Below, piece after piece: positions 42,951 through 52,940 of a stretch of DNA of 64,000 bases (within the stretch, counting starts at the first letter, position 1; each line of letters opens with the position of its first letter). The notes under the pieces are model-generated. The model made no database searches, had not been told where the DNA came from, and saw only the letters and a list, made by a program, of their open reading frames with translations. Location of the stretch: contig OZ251219.1 in NCBI GenBank assembly GCA_965240465.1, positions 96,001 through 160,000 on the forward strand, in the 5' to 3' direction. The stretch comes from a bacterium. Lineage in GTDB: Bacteria; SAR324; JACQKK01. The position numbers were made by a program, and so were the translations under genes.

Positions 42951-43087
42951 TTATTTTTTATGCACTGATAGAGAAAATTTGTCCATGTCTTTGATTGACG
43001 GAGAATAATCTTTCAGAGTAAATATGATTGTTGTATTCTGAGAATCCATTGAGCATAACCATTGAAGAATGCCGTCGTAAGAATATC

Positions 43088-44227
43088 TTAAAAGGGCAGA
43101 TTAGCGGCTGGTTCCAAGGAAAGTGAATTAAATTTTCGGGCTTTGAAGTATTCAAATGCAAGACGAGCAACCATAACAGCATTATCGGTGCAAAGTTGAG
43201 GAGGTGGGATAAAGAGGGGTTTTTGCTGTTTGAAGGCCTGCTGGAATGTTTGCCTCAGTTTGGTACTAGCGACTAACCCTCCTGATAGAGTAATAGCTTG
43301 GTGAGGAAATTTCTGGCATGCATGTAGGGTTTTTTGCACCAGTACCGTTATAACGCTCTCAAAAAATGCTGAGAGAACATTTTCAGCAGCAGCACTAGGA
43401 TGATCTCGGTGGTAATAACGTAAGGCAGTCTTTAGACCACTAAAAGAAAAATTGAGATTGGGTTGATCAAGCATGGGAGTAGGAAATTTGTGGTTGACAG
43501 GAGGGTATTTAAGGGCAAATTCATCAACGATGGGTCCCCCGGGGAAAGGGTAGCCAAAAATCTTTGCAGCTTTGTCTACGCATTCTCCAGCGGCATCATC
43601 TAGGGTGCGTCCGACAATATCCCAGTCAAAATGCTGGCGTTGATAGATGAGTAAGGTGTGTCCTCCGGCGGCTACTAAGTGCAGTAGCGGAAAAGGTAGT
43701 TCGCTGTGGTTAATGAAGTTAGCATAAGGATGGGCTTCAATATGATTGATGCCAATCAAAGGTTTGTTGAGTCTCCATGCGAGTGTTTTAGCGGTGGTCA
43801 TGCCGACTAGAATAGAACCTATTAATCCTGGTAAGTGAGAAACGGCAATATAATCCAAGGCTTTCCAAGCCAATGGTGGTTGAATATCAAGGCTACTGGC
43901 TGCCTGATACAAAGCCTGATTAAGGAGAACAGGCATGGCTTCTAGGTGCTTGCGTGAAGCACGCTCTGGTACGACACCACCGAATTCGTAATGGTCCGAG
44001 TATTGTGACAAAGTCAAGTTTGCCAAGATTTCTTGGTGCCCTCTTATGATGGCTATCGAAGTGTCATCGAAGGTGGTGTCTATCGCCAGTCCAATACTTT
44101 GTAAGCAGGATGGTGATGCTGATGACGAGGCTATTTCTGACCTGGATGGCATGTGGGTATCATTGATTAGGAAATGGATTATCAGGTGCAAAGGGGTAGA
44201 TAAGAAACTTTGTGTCAAGGTTTCCAA
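43088..44227 (-). CDS. tsaD: tRNA N6-adenosine threonylcarbamoyltransferase TsaD
   Basis: FGGVVPERASRKH, NHIEAH, GGHT, TLDDAAGE, FSFSGLKT, CTDNAVMVA; start uncertain. Confidence 0.95.
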   Translation of the reverse strand: METLTQSFLSTPLHLIIHFLINDTHMPSRSEIASSSASPSCLQSIGLAIDTTFDDTSIAIIRGHQEILANLTLSQYSDHYEFGGVVPERASRKHLEAMPVLLNQALYQAASSLDIQPPLAWKALDYIAVSHLPGLIGSILVGMTTAKTLAWRLNKPLIGINHIEAHPYANFINHSELPFPLLHLVAAGGHTLLIYQRQHFDWDIVGRTLDDAAGECVDKAAKIFGYPFPGGPIVDEFALKYPPVNHKFPTPMLDQPNLNFSFSGLKTALRYYHRDHPSAAAENVLSAFFESVITVLVQKTLHACQKFPHQAITLSGGLVASTKLRQTFQQAFKQQKPLFIPPPQLCTDNAVMVARLAFEYFKARKFNSLSLEPAANLPF

Positions 44228-44976
44228 CTGCGGAAGGCTTCGTTTTTTAAATATAAGGGTTTAGGGAATTGAGATAGCTGGGTTGCAGGAGTAAATTTCT
44301 GGGTTTGAGGATGCTGCAAATATTGCTCAATGCCTGCTTCTAACAGTAAGGCAGCCCGATTTTTTTGGTGGTAAGCAGGCTGTAGATGAGAAAAAAATAC
44401 GTTCCCTTGAGGAAAACACTCTAAAATTAGAGGTGCTATTTTCTTGGATATTTCTGTGATTTTTTTCTTGGCCTGTTCAAATGGCAGTAGACAAGGTGGA
44501 TGAAGTTGTTTGAGAGAATTCCATGCTTTGGTTTTTTCCCATTGCCAGGTTGCGTGATAAATATCTTCGCCAACACAATTTCTCCAACTGTGAAAATAGC
44601 CAGAAGTTAAATTAGGGTCGGAACGCAAAGCAAGTAGCTTGAGGTTATCCACCCCTGCAATAGGAATATTGTTGATTTGAGCCAAAATAAAAGCAGTCGC
44701 CATGCCTATTCTCACGCCCGTAAATGAACCAGGACCAATGGCCACAACTATTAATCGCAATTCTTGCGGGCGTAGCTGACACTGCATTAGCAGTCTTTCA
44801 AGGTGCTCTAGCAAAATACTATTAGCAAGTATTCCGCAATCTTGATAAATATCTGCTACCAGCTTTCCCTGCCGGGCGATACCCAATGTTAGCCAAGGAC
44901 CAGAGGTATCTATTGCCAAAGTAGGCAGAAAAAAATGCTTGCTGGTGTTTATCAAACAGTCAGGTGGAACGGTCAT
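44215..44976 (-). CDS. tsaB: t6A biosynthesis protein TsaB
   Basis: LAIDTS, GPGSFTGVRIG, C-terminal PLYL. Confidence 0.9.
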   Translation of the reverse strand: MTVPPDCLINTSKHFFLPTLAIDTSGPWLTLGIARQGKLVADIYQDCGILANSILLEHLERLLMQCQLRPQELRLIVVAIGPGSFTGVRIGMATAFILAQINNIPIAGVDNLKLLALRSDPNLTSGYFHSWRNCVGEDIYHATWQWEKTKAWNSLKQLHPPCLLPFEQAKKKITEISKKIAPLILECFPQGNVFFSHLQPAYHQKNRAALLLEAGIEQYLQHPQTQKFTPATQLSQFPKPLYLKNEAFRSWKP

Positions 44977-44981
44977 TGTAG

Positions 44982-45527
44982 TTAAAATATGTTATCCAGT
45001 AAATCTGCAAAATGGGATGATCCCCAGAATGAAAACATTCGTGCTTCAGCAACACTTTTGTTGTTCTTAGGGTAAAGAATGTTTATCCAGAGACATTCCT
45101 CTGGGGGAAGCAACCCAACCGCAAGAGCAGGCCATTCTATTAGGGTAATTCCATTGAGATTATGCCAGTCATTGATATCTATTTGCAGCAAGTCTTGGCT
45201 GTCTTCCAGACGATATAAATCTACATGATAGATTGGGTTGGTTTTTAGGGTAGGATATACATTAACCAGGGTATAGGTAGGCGAAGTAACTATCATAGGA
45301 TCAACGCCTAAACCATGGCAGATTCCTTTGCACAAGGTGGTTTTTCCACTACCCAAAGAACCATCCAGTAAAACCGTATGAGAACCGTGCAGAGTAGACA
45401 ATGCTTGTCCTATTCTAAAAGCAAATTCCTGCGTGGCTGCTAGCGAAGATAAGGTAAGGATTTTGTCAGGGGGGCTCGGCGGCTTGCATTTCAAAGACAT
45501 TGGTCTGTCTAATAGGAAGGTAATCAA
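44982..45527 (-). CDS. tsaE: t6A biosynthesis ATPase TsaE
   Basis: GSLGSGKTT, VTSPTYTL, HVDLYRL, IEWP. Confidence 0.95.
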   Translation of the reverse strand: MITFLLDRPMSLKCKPPSPPDKILTLSSLAATQEFAFRIGQALSTLHGSHTVLLDGSLGSGKTTLCKGICHGLGVDPMIVTSPTYTLVNVYPTLKTNPIYHVDLYRLEDSQDLLQIDINDWHNLNGITLIEWPALAVGLLPPEECLWINILYPKNNKSVAEARMFSFWGSSHFADLLDNIF

Positions 45528-46183
45528 GTAGAGTTTTGCCAGACATGTTCAATATCTTGGGTTGAAATCTTCCCGACGCGTAATAATCTCCAGCCATGTT
45601 GAGGGTTACTAAGATCTACCACCGTAGATGGTAGTGTCGCAGGAGAGACAGGGCTGTTGATAACCCAAGCAGGGGAGAGAGTGGCCGAAATTATTTTTGG
45701 ATCATTGAGTGGCGATTGTCCGCTAATATTAGCACTGGTACCTATTATGGGAGATTGAGACATCCTAGTGAGAGCTTGCACAACTGGATGCGAACTCCAG
45801 CGGAGAGCTATTTTGCCTGTGTCGCTGACCAAATGAGCGGGAGCTTTCTTAGAAGCAACCAACACCAAGGTTAGAGATCCTGGCCAATAATGATGTATTA
45901 ACGCTTGTGCTTGGGGAATCAGTGTTTCAGCCCAGTCTTTTGCACGGTGGGGGTTATCTAACAAGGTAGGCAACGGATGATCTTCAGCTCGTTTTTTCAG
46001 GTGATACACAGTTTCAGCAGTTTTTTTAAGGAGTGCATTTCCGCCTAATCCATAGCAGGTTTCCGTTGGAAAAGCTCCCACCTCTCCGCGTTGCAAGGAA
46101 TCACTTAGCCAATCTGCCCATTGGATATCACATGGCCAGTCAATCAGCTGGGGTGAATTTGATTTTTTGGTGATCTGGAGCAT
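45524..46183 (-). CDS. tsaC: Threonylcarbamoyl-AMP synthase (YrdC/Sua5 family, short form)
   Basis: FPTETCYGL, K.R, WPGSLT, TSANISG, PSTVVD. Confidence 0.92.
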   Translation of the reverse strand: MLQITKKSNSPQLIDWPCDIQWADWLSDSLQRGEVGAFPTETCYGLGGNALLKKTAETVYHLKKRAEDHPLPTLLDNPHRAKDWAETLIPQAQALIHHYWPGSLTLVLVASKKAPAHLVSDTGKIALRWSSHPVVQALTRMSQSPIIGTSANISGQSPLNDPKIISATLSPAWVINSPVSPATLPSTVVDLSNPQHGWRLLRVGKISTQDIEHVWQNST

Positions 46184-46304
46184 AGAGTTTACTCAAATTA
46201 ATTCCAAAACAGGCTATCAGGATATCATCACAGCAAATGGATCTGACAGCAATTTGTAGTCTCAGCTATGGATTTTGTTTAAGTACCTGACAAAAGCCCT
46301 AGGA

Positions 46305-47207
46305 TTAGACATTAAAAAATTTATAATTAGTACACACCAAGGATTTTCTCATGACCTCCAATGGAGCAGTTTTATTAGTCCAAAAATGGAAGGTATGTGC
46401 TCCCTGATGAAGCAACATTCCCAAACCATTGAGGTGTTTAAGTCCTATTTTTTTAGCTTGTTTCAACAATGGAGTTTCCAAGGGGGAGTAGATAATATCC
46501 ACCACCATTTCTTGGATATTGAGCTTTTCCAGAGAAACAGGGCTGCTTTGGTTATTTGTACCAACACTAGTAGTATTGATGAGTAAATCAGCAGTAAGTT
46601 GGTCGGTATCACGAAGAGAGATGGCTTGTATGTAAGGAACCCTTGATGTTAAATTATTAGTAGCATGATGCCCAAAGTACTGCTGCATATCTGCCACCAG
46701 CAAAGTAGCTTTCTTAACTGTGCGATTAGCCACCCACAACTGAGAACAGCCATCTTTTATCATGGAAAAAGCGATAGAACGGGCAGCACCACCAGCACCT
46801 AGCAACAACACCCGCTTGTTTTTTGATTGCCACCCCTGAGCTTCTTTCAAGGAGTCTAGGAATCCTAGACCATCAGTGTTATGCCCTCGCATATGGATAC
46901 GGTTTTCTTTGTGTCCACAAAGCACCGTGTTTACCGACTGTACCGTTTTTGCTTCAGGTGTCATTTCGTCAAGCAGGGGAAGAATAAGCTGCTTATAGGG
47001 AGCGGTCAAATTAAACCCGCTTAAACCCGCCCATCCTAAAGATTTCATTGCCTCCAGTAGCCGTTCAGGAACAATACGAAAAGGTACATAAACAGCGTTA
47101 ATGTTAGCAGCTACAAAGGCAGCATTTTGCATCAAAGGTGACAAACTGTGAGACAGAGGCATGCCAACTATACCATAAAGTTGACTTTTTCCGTTAACTG
47201 TCAACAT
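46305..47207 (-). CDS. aroE: Shikimate dehydrogenase
   Basis: HSLSP.MQN, N.TAPYK, NTDG.G, GAGGAA, NRT, GLGMLLHQG. Confidence 0.96.
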   Translation of the reverse strand: MLTVNGKSQLYGIVGMPLSHSLSPLMQNAAFVAANINAVYVPFRIVPERLLEAMKSLGWAGLSGFNLTAPYKQLILPLLDEMTPEAKTVQSVNTVLCGHKENRIHMRGHNTDGLGFLDSLKEAQGWQSKNKRVLLLGAGGAARSIAFSMIKDGCSQLWVANRTVKKATLLVADMQQYFGHHATNNLTSRVPYIQAISLRDTDQLTADLLINTTSVGTNNQSSPVSLEKLNIQEMVVDIIYSPLETPLLKQAKKIGLKHLNGLGMLLHQGAHTFHFWTNKTAPLEVMRKSLVCTNYKFFNV

Positions 47208-47294
47208 GATTTGACTGCTAAAAATTTTCCACTCAGTGGTATACCCATGACGCTCAGTGCTGTTACTTCCTGCTAAATTACCTTCACTGAAAGA

Positions 47295-48443
47295 TTACAT
47301 TGCTTGACGTAACTGGTCTATCTTATCAGTTTTTTCCCAAGTGAAGGACGGCAGAGAACGACCAAAATGTCCATAAGTTGCAGTTTGTTGATAAATCGGA
47401 CGCAATAAATCCAGCGTTTCAATAATTTCTGAGGGTTTCAGTCCAAACACTTCTCTCACTATTAGTGCTAGGCGTTCATCACCAACCTCTCCTGTGCCAA
47501 AGGTGTTTACCATCACAGAGATAGGATCCGCAATGCCAATGGCGTAGGCAAACTGGACTTCACAACGCTTCGCTAGCGAGGCAGCCACGACGTTTTTTGC
47601 CACATAGCGTGCCATATAAGCTGCCGAGCGATCCACCTTGGAAGGGTCTTTTCCCGAAAACGCCCCTCCTCCATGACGACCCATTCCTCCATAAGTGTCT
47701 ACAATCACCTTTCTGCCCGTCAACCCTGCATCACCATAAGGACCGCCTATCACAAATCTGCCGCTAGGGTTAACAAAGTATTTAGTATCTTTGTTAATTA
47801 ATCTTTTTGGGATTACCGTCTCAATTACATATTGCTTGATGTCAGAGTAAATTTGTTTTTGCGTTACATTTTCTGAGTGCTGACAGGAAATTACTACTGC
47901 AGACACGGCTACAGGATTTTCTCCCTCATAGCGTATAGACACCTGTGACTTGCCATCAGGTCCTAAATAATCCAGTACTCCTTTTTTGCGTACTTCTGCC
48001 AACCTCATAGCCAAACGGTGAGATAACTCAATAGGCATGGGCATGAGGTTTTCAGTTTCTTGGCAGGCATAGCCAAACATCAGACCTTGGTCGCCAGCTC
48101 CTTGTTCTTTATTAAGCTTGCTGTCAACTACTTGGGCAATGTCCTGAGATTGCTTGCCAATGCAAACCATTATGGCACAAGCATCTCCATCAAAACCAAA
48201 TTTGGAATCGGTGTAACCAATATCTCTAACTGTTTTGCGAACCAACTGGATTATGTCTACAGACCCTCTACTGGTAATCTCACCTCCCAGCACAATCAAT
48301 CCAGTGGCGGTAAATGTCTCGCAAGCCACCCGACTGTAGCAATCTTGAGCTAGCATGGAATCCAGAACAGCATCTGAAATCTGGTCACACATCTTGTCGG
48401 GATGCCCTTCAGTGACGCTTTCCGAACTGAATATTTTCTTCAT
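47295..48443 (-). CDS. metK: S-adenosylmethionine synthetase
   Basis: [33 protein letters not shown]; start ATG 48443. Confidence 0.99.
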   Translation of the reverse strand: MKKIFSSESVTEGHPDKMCDQISDAVLDSMLAQDCYSRVACETFTATGLIVLGGEITSRGSVDIIQLVRKTVRDIGYTDSKFGFDGDACAIMVCIGKQSQDIAQVVDSKLNKEQGAGDQGLMFGYACQETENLMPMPIELSHRLAMRLAEVRKKGVLDYLGPDGKSQVSIRYEGENPVAVSAVVISCQHSENVTQKQIYSDIKQYVIETVIPKRLINKDTKYFVNPSGRFVIGGPYGDAGLTGRKVIVDTYGGMGRHGGGAFSGKDPSKVDRSAAYMARYVAKNVVAASLAKRCEVQFAYAIGIADPISVMVNTFGTGEVGDERLALIVREVFGLKPSEIIETLDLLRPIYQQTATYGHFGRSLPSFTWEKTDKIDQLRQAM

Positions 48444-48700
48444 AAACCTACGCTCACAGATACAATGTAAACAGGAAACCAACGTCCTCCATCAATTTAC
48501 ATAAATTGGGAGCGTCCCTAAATTTCAGCCAATTTGCAAGCTATATTTAATCAAAGTACTTATAAAATATTATGCAGGATAAGATTTTGTTTTCCATTTC
48601 TTGTTAGAGTGAGTATCAGAAATATGACACTTATCAATTGAAAACTTACTAAATTGGCATCAACGATTGTGTAACCAAATTATAATGAGGACATACAGGA

Positions 48701-50539
48701 ATGAAAGACAAAAAAGCTAAAGAATCGGGTTCTAAGTCGGAGCCAAAATTTGCCAGTCAATCTGCTTTGCGAGTGGATGAATTGCGTAAATTAATGTCTG
48801 AGCAAGGTTTGTCGGCTTTTGTACTGTTGTACGGGAGTGCTCATCATGCTGAATATATTGCCCCGCATCTTCGTCGTTTGGAATCCATGAGCGGTTTTAG
48901 CGGCTCAGCTGGAACAATAGTAATTGGATTGAAAGAGGCACATTTGTGGGTGGATTCCCGCTACTACTTGCAAGCAGAGGATGAGGTTCCTTCGTTTTTT
49001 GAGATTCACAAGCTGGGTTCACAAGGGGTAAAGAGTTGGCAAGATTGGCTAATTGAAGATTTTGCAGCTCAAAATGCAGGAGCAAGAATCGGTGGCGACG
49101 CTTTTCAAATGTCGGTGTTGCAGGCTCGCAAATTGCGGAGTGCATTTGAATCCAAGGGCTGTGTACTGAAATTATTACCTGAGAACTTGGTGGATGTTGT
49201 TTGTAAGCTAAAGAAGGGAAGAAGTGCTCCCTTACGAACAATCCCTATTTCTTGGAGCGGGAAGCCTGCCCAAGAAAAACTCAAGATGCTACGTGCAGAA
49301 ATGGAAAAAATTAATGCTGATGCACTGGTGTTGAGCAAACTTGATCGGGTAGCTTGGATGCTCAATCTTCGGGGCGGTGATATGCCTATGGATCCTGTGT
49401 TTGAAGGCTGGTTGCTGCTGACAAAAAAGAATGCAATCTGTTTTACTGACGCTCCTGCTCCATCTGAGGTAGAAACATATGCTAAGGGTTGGCTAAGTTT
49501 TCGTCCGTATCAGGATCTGAAAGAGGCACTCGTGCCTCTGGCTACTAAAGGAGCTAAAGTTTGGTTGGAAGAAGCAGATACCTGTGAAGCGATCAACGGC
49601 ATGCTGAAAGGAGCAACCTGCCTGTACCAACCGCAGCAGCCAGTTGATAGATGGAAAGCCATAAAAAATCCATCAGAAATTGCTTGTTCTAAAGCAGCTA
49701 ATATATCGGCAGGGTTGGCCAAGGTGCGTCTTTTTGCACACTTGGAGACTACGGCTGATGAACTATCTGAGGCAGATGTTGCTGACATGATGCAATCTGA
49801 GTATGCCAGAGAAGCTGGCTTTGAAAGTCTGAGCTTTGAAACAATATGCGGCTATGGAGCAAATGCTGCCATTGTTCACTATTCCAAGCCATCCAAAGAT
49901 GTTCTGCTGAAACCAGGGGGGATGCTTCTATTAGATTCGGGTATCCAACTGGGTGGAGGAACCACCGATGATACCCGCACTGTCCACATTGGTACACCTA
50001 CTGAAGAACTACGACGCTATTACACTGCAGTGTTGCGAGCACATATTAACTTGGCAAAGCAAATTGTCCCTGAGGGAGTAACTGGGGCTGAGCTGGATGG
50101 CATAACACGAACCCCCCTTTGGAATATTGGGGAAGATTATGGACACGGGACTGGTCATGGTGTAGGAGCCATGCTCCATGTTCATGAGGGTCCGCAGTCT
50201 ATTGGTCGTTGGTCTAGCGTACCATTTGAAGAGGGCATGATTATCTCCAATGAACCCGGTTATTATCGCGAGGGGTGGGGGGGTATAAGGTTGGAAAATC
50301 TCTATTTAGTAGAAAAAGCCTTGGAAGTTCCTACCCAACCAAATGGCAAAGGCTGGCTGAAATTTAGTGCCCTTACCATGACTCCCTTTGACAACGCCCT
50401 AATAGATTGGCTGTCTCTGACTAAGGATGAGAAGCAATGGCTCCAAGGCTACCATCAACTGGTATACAACAATCTATCTGACAAATTACCCCCCTCAGCA
50501 AAAAAGTGGCTACAAAAATCATGTAGTTCGCCTACCTAA
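48701..50539 (+). CDS. Xaa-Pro aminopeptidase (M24B, long aminopeptidase P type)
   Basis: SGFSGSAG, DSRYYLQA, DSG.Q...GTTD.TRT, HGTGHGVG..L.VHEGP, SNEPGYY, GIRLEN. Confidence 0.95.
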   Translation: MKDKKAKESGSKSEPKFASQSALRVDELRKLMSEQGLSAFVLLYGSAHHAEYIAPHLRRLESMSGFSGSAGTIVIGLKEAHLWVDSRYYLQAEDEVPSFFEIHKLGSQGVKSWQDWLIEDFAAQNAGARIGGDAFQMSVLQARKLRSAFESKGCVLKLLPENLVDVVCKLKKGRSAPLRTIPISWSGKPAQEKLKMLRAEMEKINADALVLSKLDRVAWMLNLRGGDMPMDPVFEGWLLLTKKNAICFTDAPAPSEVETYAKGWLSFRPYQDLKEALVPLATKGAKVWLEEADTCEAINGMLKGATCLYQPQQPVDRWKAIKNPSEIACSKAANISAGLAKVRLFAHLETTADELSEADVADMMQSEYAREAGFESLSFETICGYGANAAIVHYSKPSKDVLLKPGGMLLLDSGIQLGGGTTDDTRTVHIGTPTEELRRYYTAVLRAHINLAKQIVPEGVTGAELDGITRTPLWNIGEDYGHGTGHGVGAMLHVHEGPQSIGRWSSVPFEEGMIISNEPGYYREGWGGIRLENLYLVEKALEVPTQPNGKGWLKFSALTMTPFDNALIDWLSLTKDEKQWLQGYHQLVYNNLSDKLPPSAKKWLQKSCSSPT

Positions 50540-50566
50540 TCCTCCCGTATAAAATCCGGGAAGAAT

Positions 50567-50932
50567 CTACTCCTCCAACGGATCTTTTTCTAGCGATATA
50601 GATGAGTTCTTTTCTGGATCTATCAGCTCGTAGACCTGGCGAAGATATTCGCCTTCTGGTCCCTCAGGGATAACCACAGGATTGGTAATGTGGTTGTATA
50701 GATGGCTAACACGGTAAATATCTTCGCTTAAGCGTTCATCAATTCCTACCAAACCTGCATAGCGACGATATTTATCGTCATCTGCAACTGGCAACCGCGA
50801 ACGGGAACCACCACTGATAGGAACATAACGACCCGAGTCTACGTCGTACTTGCCTGCATTTTTCTTTTCCGGCTTTCTATGAATTTTCATGCTTTCTGCC
50901 TTTTTTAATATTTTAATTTTATTTTTTACCAT
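50567..50932 (-). CDS. Hypothetical protein
   Basis: 121-codon ORF with GGA RBS, co-oriented downstream of the SelW-like gene; no family recognised. Confidence 0.55.
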   Translation of the reverse strand: MVKNKIKILKKAESMKIHRKPEKKNAGKYDVDSGRYVPISGGSRSRLPVADDDKYRRYAGLVGIDERLSEDIYRVSHLYNHITNPVVIPEGPEGEYLRQVYELIDPEKNSSISLEKDPLEE

Positions 50933-51035
50933 CCAACCATACCTAAAATTAGAGAAATAAAAAATAACAATCCGAGGGCATGGTATAGGCTTTCAACAAA
51001 AAAACCTAGATGAGAAACACTGCCCCTGTTCCCAT

Positions 51036-51254
51036 CTACTCTGGCAACAGCCCCGCAATCTCTCCCGGTTCAGGAAACCGCCCAGTATCAGTACGAGAAT
51101 ACACTAATTCACCATCAATTCTCACATCAAAAATACCATTTTGGCCATCTATCAACTCCGGTATTATCTCACAACTTTCCCCAATTTCTGCCGAGACACG
51201 CTCAGCATGGGGTCTATAATTTCAAACTACACAGTATTCAATGCTAATGTGCAT
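51036..51254 (-). CDS. SelW/Rdx-family selenoprotein (CxxU), in-frame TGA at 51222-51224
   Basis: Hand translation MHISIEYCVV(U)NYRPHAERVSAEIGESCEIIPELIDGQNGIFDVRIDGELVYSRTDTGRFPEPGEIAGLLPE*; matches the Rdx pattern IEYCxxU, G.FDV..DG.LV.S, GRFP. Confidence 0.92.
51189..51207 (-). promoter_or_regulatory. Candidate bacterial SECIS hairpin
   Basis: UGCUGAG-CGUGU-CUCGGCA, a 7-bp stem with a GU-containing loop starting 14 nt after the UGA. Confidence 0.7.
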
Positions 51255-51469
51255 AGTACTTTCTACTTGAAATAAGGAAAATAACGGGCAATTCTTGTTT
51301 AAAATCTTACTTTAACTGTCGCTGAGTATCAATTCTACGGCCTCATCATAAATGACTAACGAACATCATAGCATAACAAAAGGTATTTAGGTTAATAAAT
51401 AGAAAATATTTTCTAATATTTTAAGATACTGTAATCAATGTTGTTGGTGTGTATATATAGGTATTTAGT

Positions 51470-52888
51470 GTGTGTGAATTAACTGAAAAAGCGGGTGAGA
51501 TTCGTTGCCCGATTCACGGTTCCATTGGCTTGAATGCCCTTGAACGCGAAATCTTAGATCATCCATTGGTACAAAGGCTACGTCATGTTAGTCAACTAGG
51601 TTTGGGGAGTTTAGTCTTTCCAGGGGCTACTCATAGTCGGCTGGCACACTCTTTAGGGGTGATGCACTTGGCAGAAGATATTTTTCAGCAGGCTTGGCAA
51701 ACAGGCTGTCGAGCGGATCCTGATTTATCAAAACTATTTAATAAAGAGTATTTGCTAAAGGTGGTGCGACTGGCGGGCTTACTGCACGATTTGGGACACC
51801 CACCTTTCTCACACACTTGTGAGAAAATATTGTTAAATCCACCGGGTAAAACCAGTTCTAGATTTAACACTCCCCAAGAGGTTTCACATGAAACTTACTC
51901 TGTGGAAATGATTAAAAGAATTGGGCAGGATATTCCATCAGACCTGCCAGAAGAGCTGACACAAGATGTATGCTCGCTCATTTCTGCTTCGGTAGAGCCA
52001 TCTGATAGACTTTGGAATAAAACAGACACGCGGCATTGTATACACCATTTTCTTAAACAGGTGATCGCTGGAGAAATTGATGCTGACCGCATGGATTATC
52101 TGCATCGGGATGCCCACTTTACTGGAACTTCCTACGGCTGGTTTGACCGCGAGCGTTTGATTAAAGGTCTGTCTTGCTGTTGGCAACGTGATCATGGCTG
52201 GGTGATGAGCTTGGAAAGAGATACTCTTAATGCCTACGAGGATTTTTTGATGTCACGCATCCACATGACTATCCAAGTGTACCACCATAAGACCGTGCTA
52301 TGCTTCAATGAGTGCCTAAAGTACTCCTTAAGGGAGGGAGAGATAAGATTTCCAATATCTGCTGATACATTCTTACAGGCACGTGAAGATTCCCTGTGGG
52401 ATTTGTTGCATCGGGCTACAGAAGAATATGAACAAAAACGTCGTGATGGCAAAAATCATCCATTATCTTGGGCTGAACGAGTGGTACGGCGCAAGCCATT
52501 GAAGTTATTACTTTATCAGCGGATAGATTCTCAAGAGAAAAACAAGCCTCTTTGGGTGAAAGTAGCCTTGAAAACCTTAGAAAGGTTTGATGTTTATTTG
52601 GTAATATCCAGTGCAAAGCTTTCCAGCCAAGGTCAGCCTGGAGAACCCCCGGTGTTGGTACATCGGCAGTGGCTAGGAGAAAATAAATACACCCCGTTGA
52701 GGGAAGTATCTAGTCTCCTTAAACAATACAACAGCGATTTCTCCTTTTGGGGACTATTTTATAGACCCAAAGATCTGCAAAATGAAGACTTTGGCATACT
52801 CTCCGAGATATATGAAAAATTGCGAAGAATTCCCGAATTGAAAAAAGCGGATGACATCCTATCTGGGACAAAGAGACCCGGGAAGTAA
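51470..52888 (+). CDS. HD-domain phosphohydrolase (dNTP triphosphohydrolase-like)
   Basis: QRLRHVSQLG, HSRLAHSLG, LLHDLGHPPFSH, DADRMDYL.RD, VYHHK. Confidence 0.92.
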   Translation: MCELTEKAGEIRCPIHGSIGLNALEREILDHPLVQRLRHVSQLGLGSLVFPGATHSRLAHSLGVMHLAEDIFQQAWQTGCRADPDLSKLFNKEYLLKVVRLAGLLHDLGHPPFSHTCEKILLNPPGKTSSRFNTPQEVSHETYSVEMIKRIGQDIPSDLPEELTQDVCSLISASVEPSDRLWNKTDTRHCIHHFLKQVIAGEIDADRMDYLHRDAHFTGTSYGWFDRERLIKGLSCCWQRDHGWVMSLERDTLNAYEDFLMSRIHMTIQVYHHKTVLCFNECLKYSLREGEIRFPISADTFLQAREDSLWDLLHRATEEYEQKRRDGKNHPLSWAERVVRRKPLKLLLYQRIDSQEKNKPLWVKVALKTLERFDVYLVISSAKLSSQGQPGEPPVLVHRQWLGENKYTPLREVSSLLKQYNSDFSFWGLFYRPKDLQNEDFGILSEIYEKLRRIPELKKADDILSGTKRPGK

Positions 52889-52940
52889 GAACGAGAACAA
52901 GACACCCTGATGCTATAAATCTGAACTTCTACTTGGTTTT

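Noticed and set aside
51010-51219. Plus-strand 69-aa ORF
   Set aside because: Antisense shadow of the SelW-like selenoprotein gene
51470-52888. HD dNTPase-like gene as an anti-phage defence system
   Set aside because: Housekeeping context with no defence or mobile neighbours; the family is widespread
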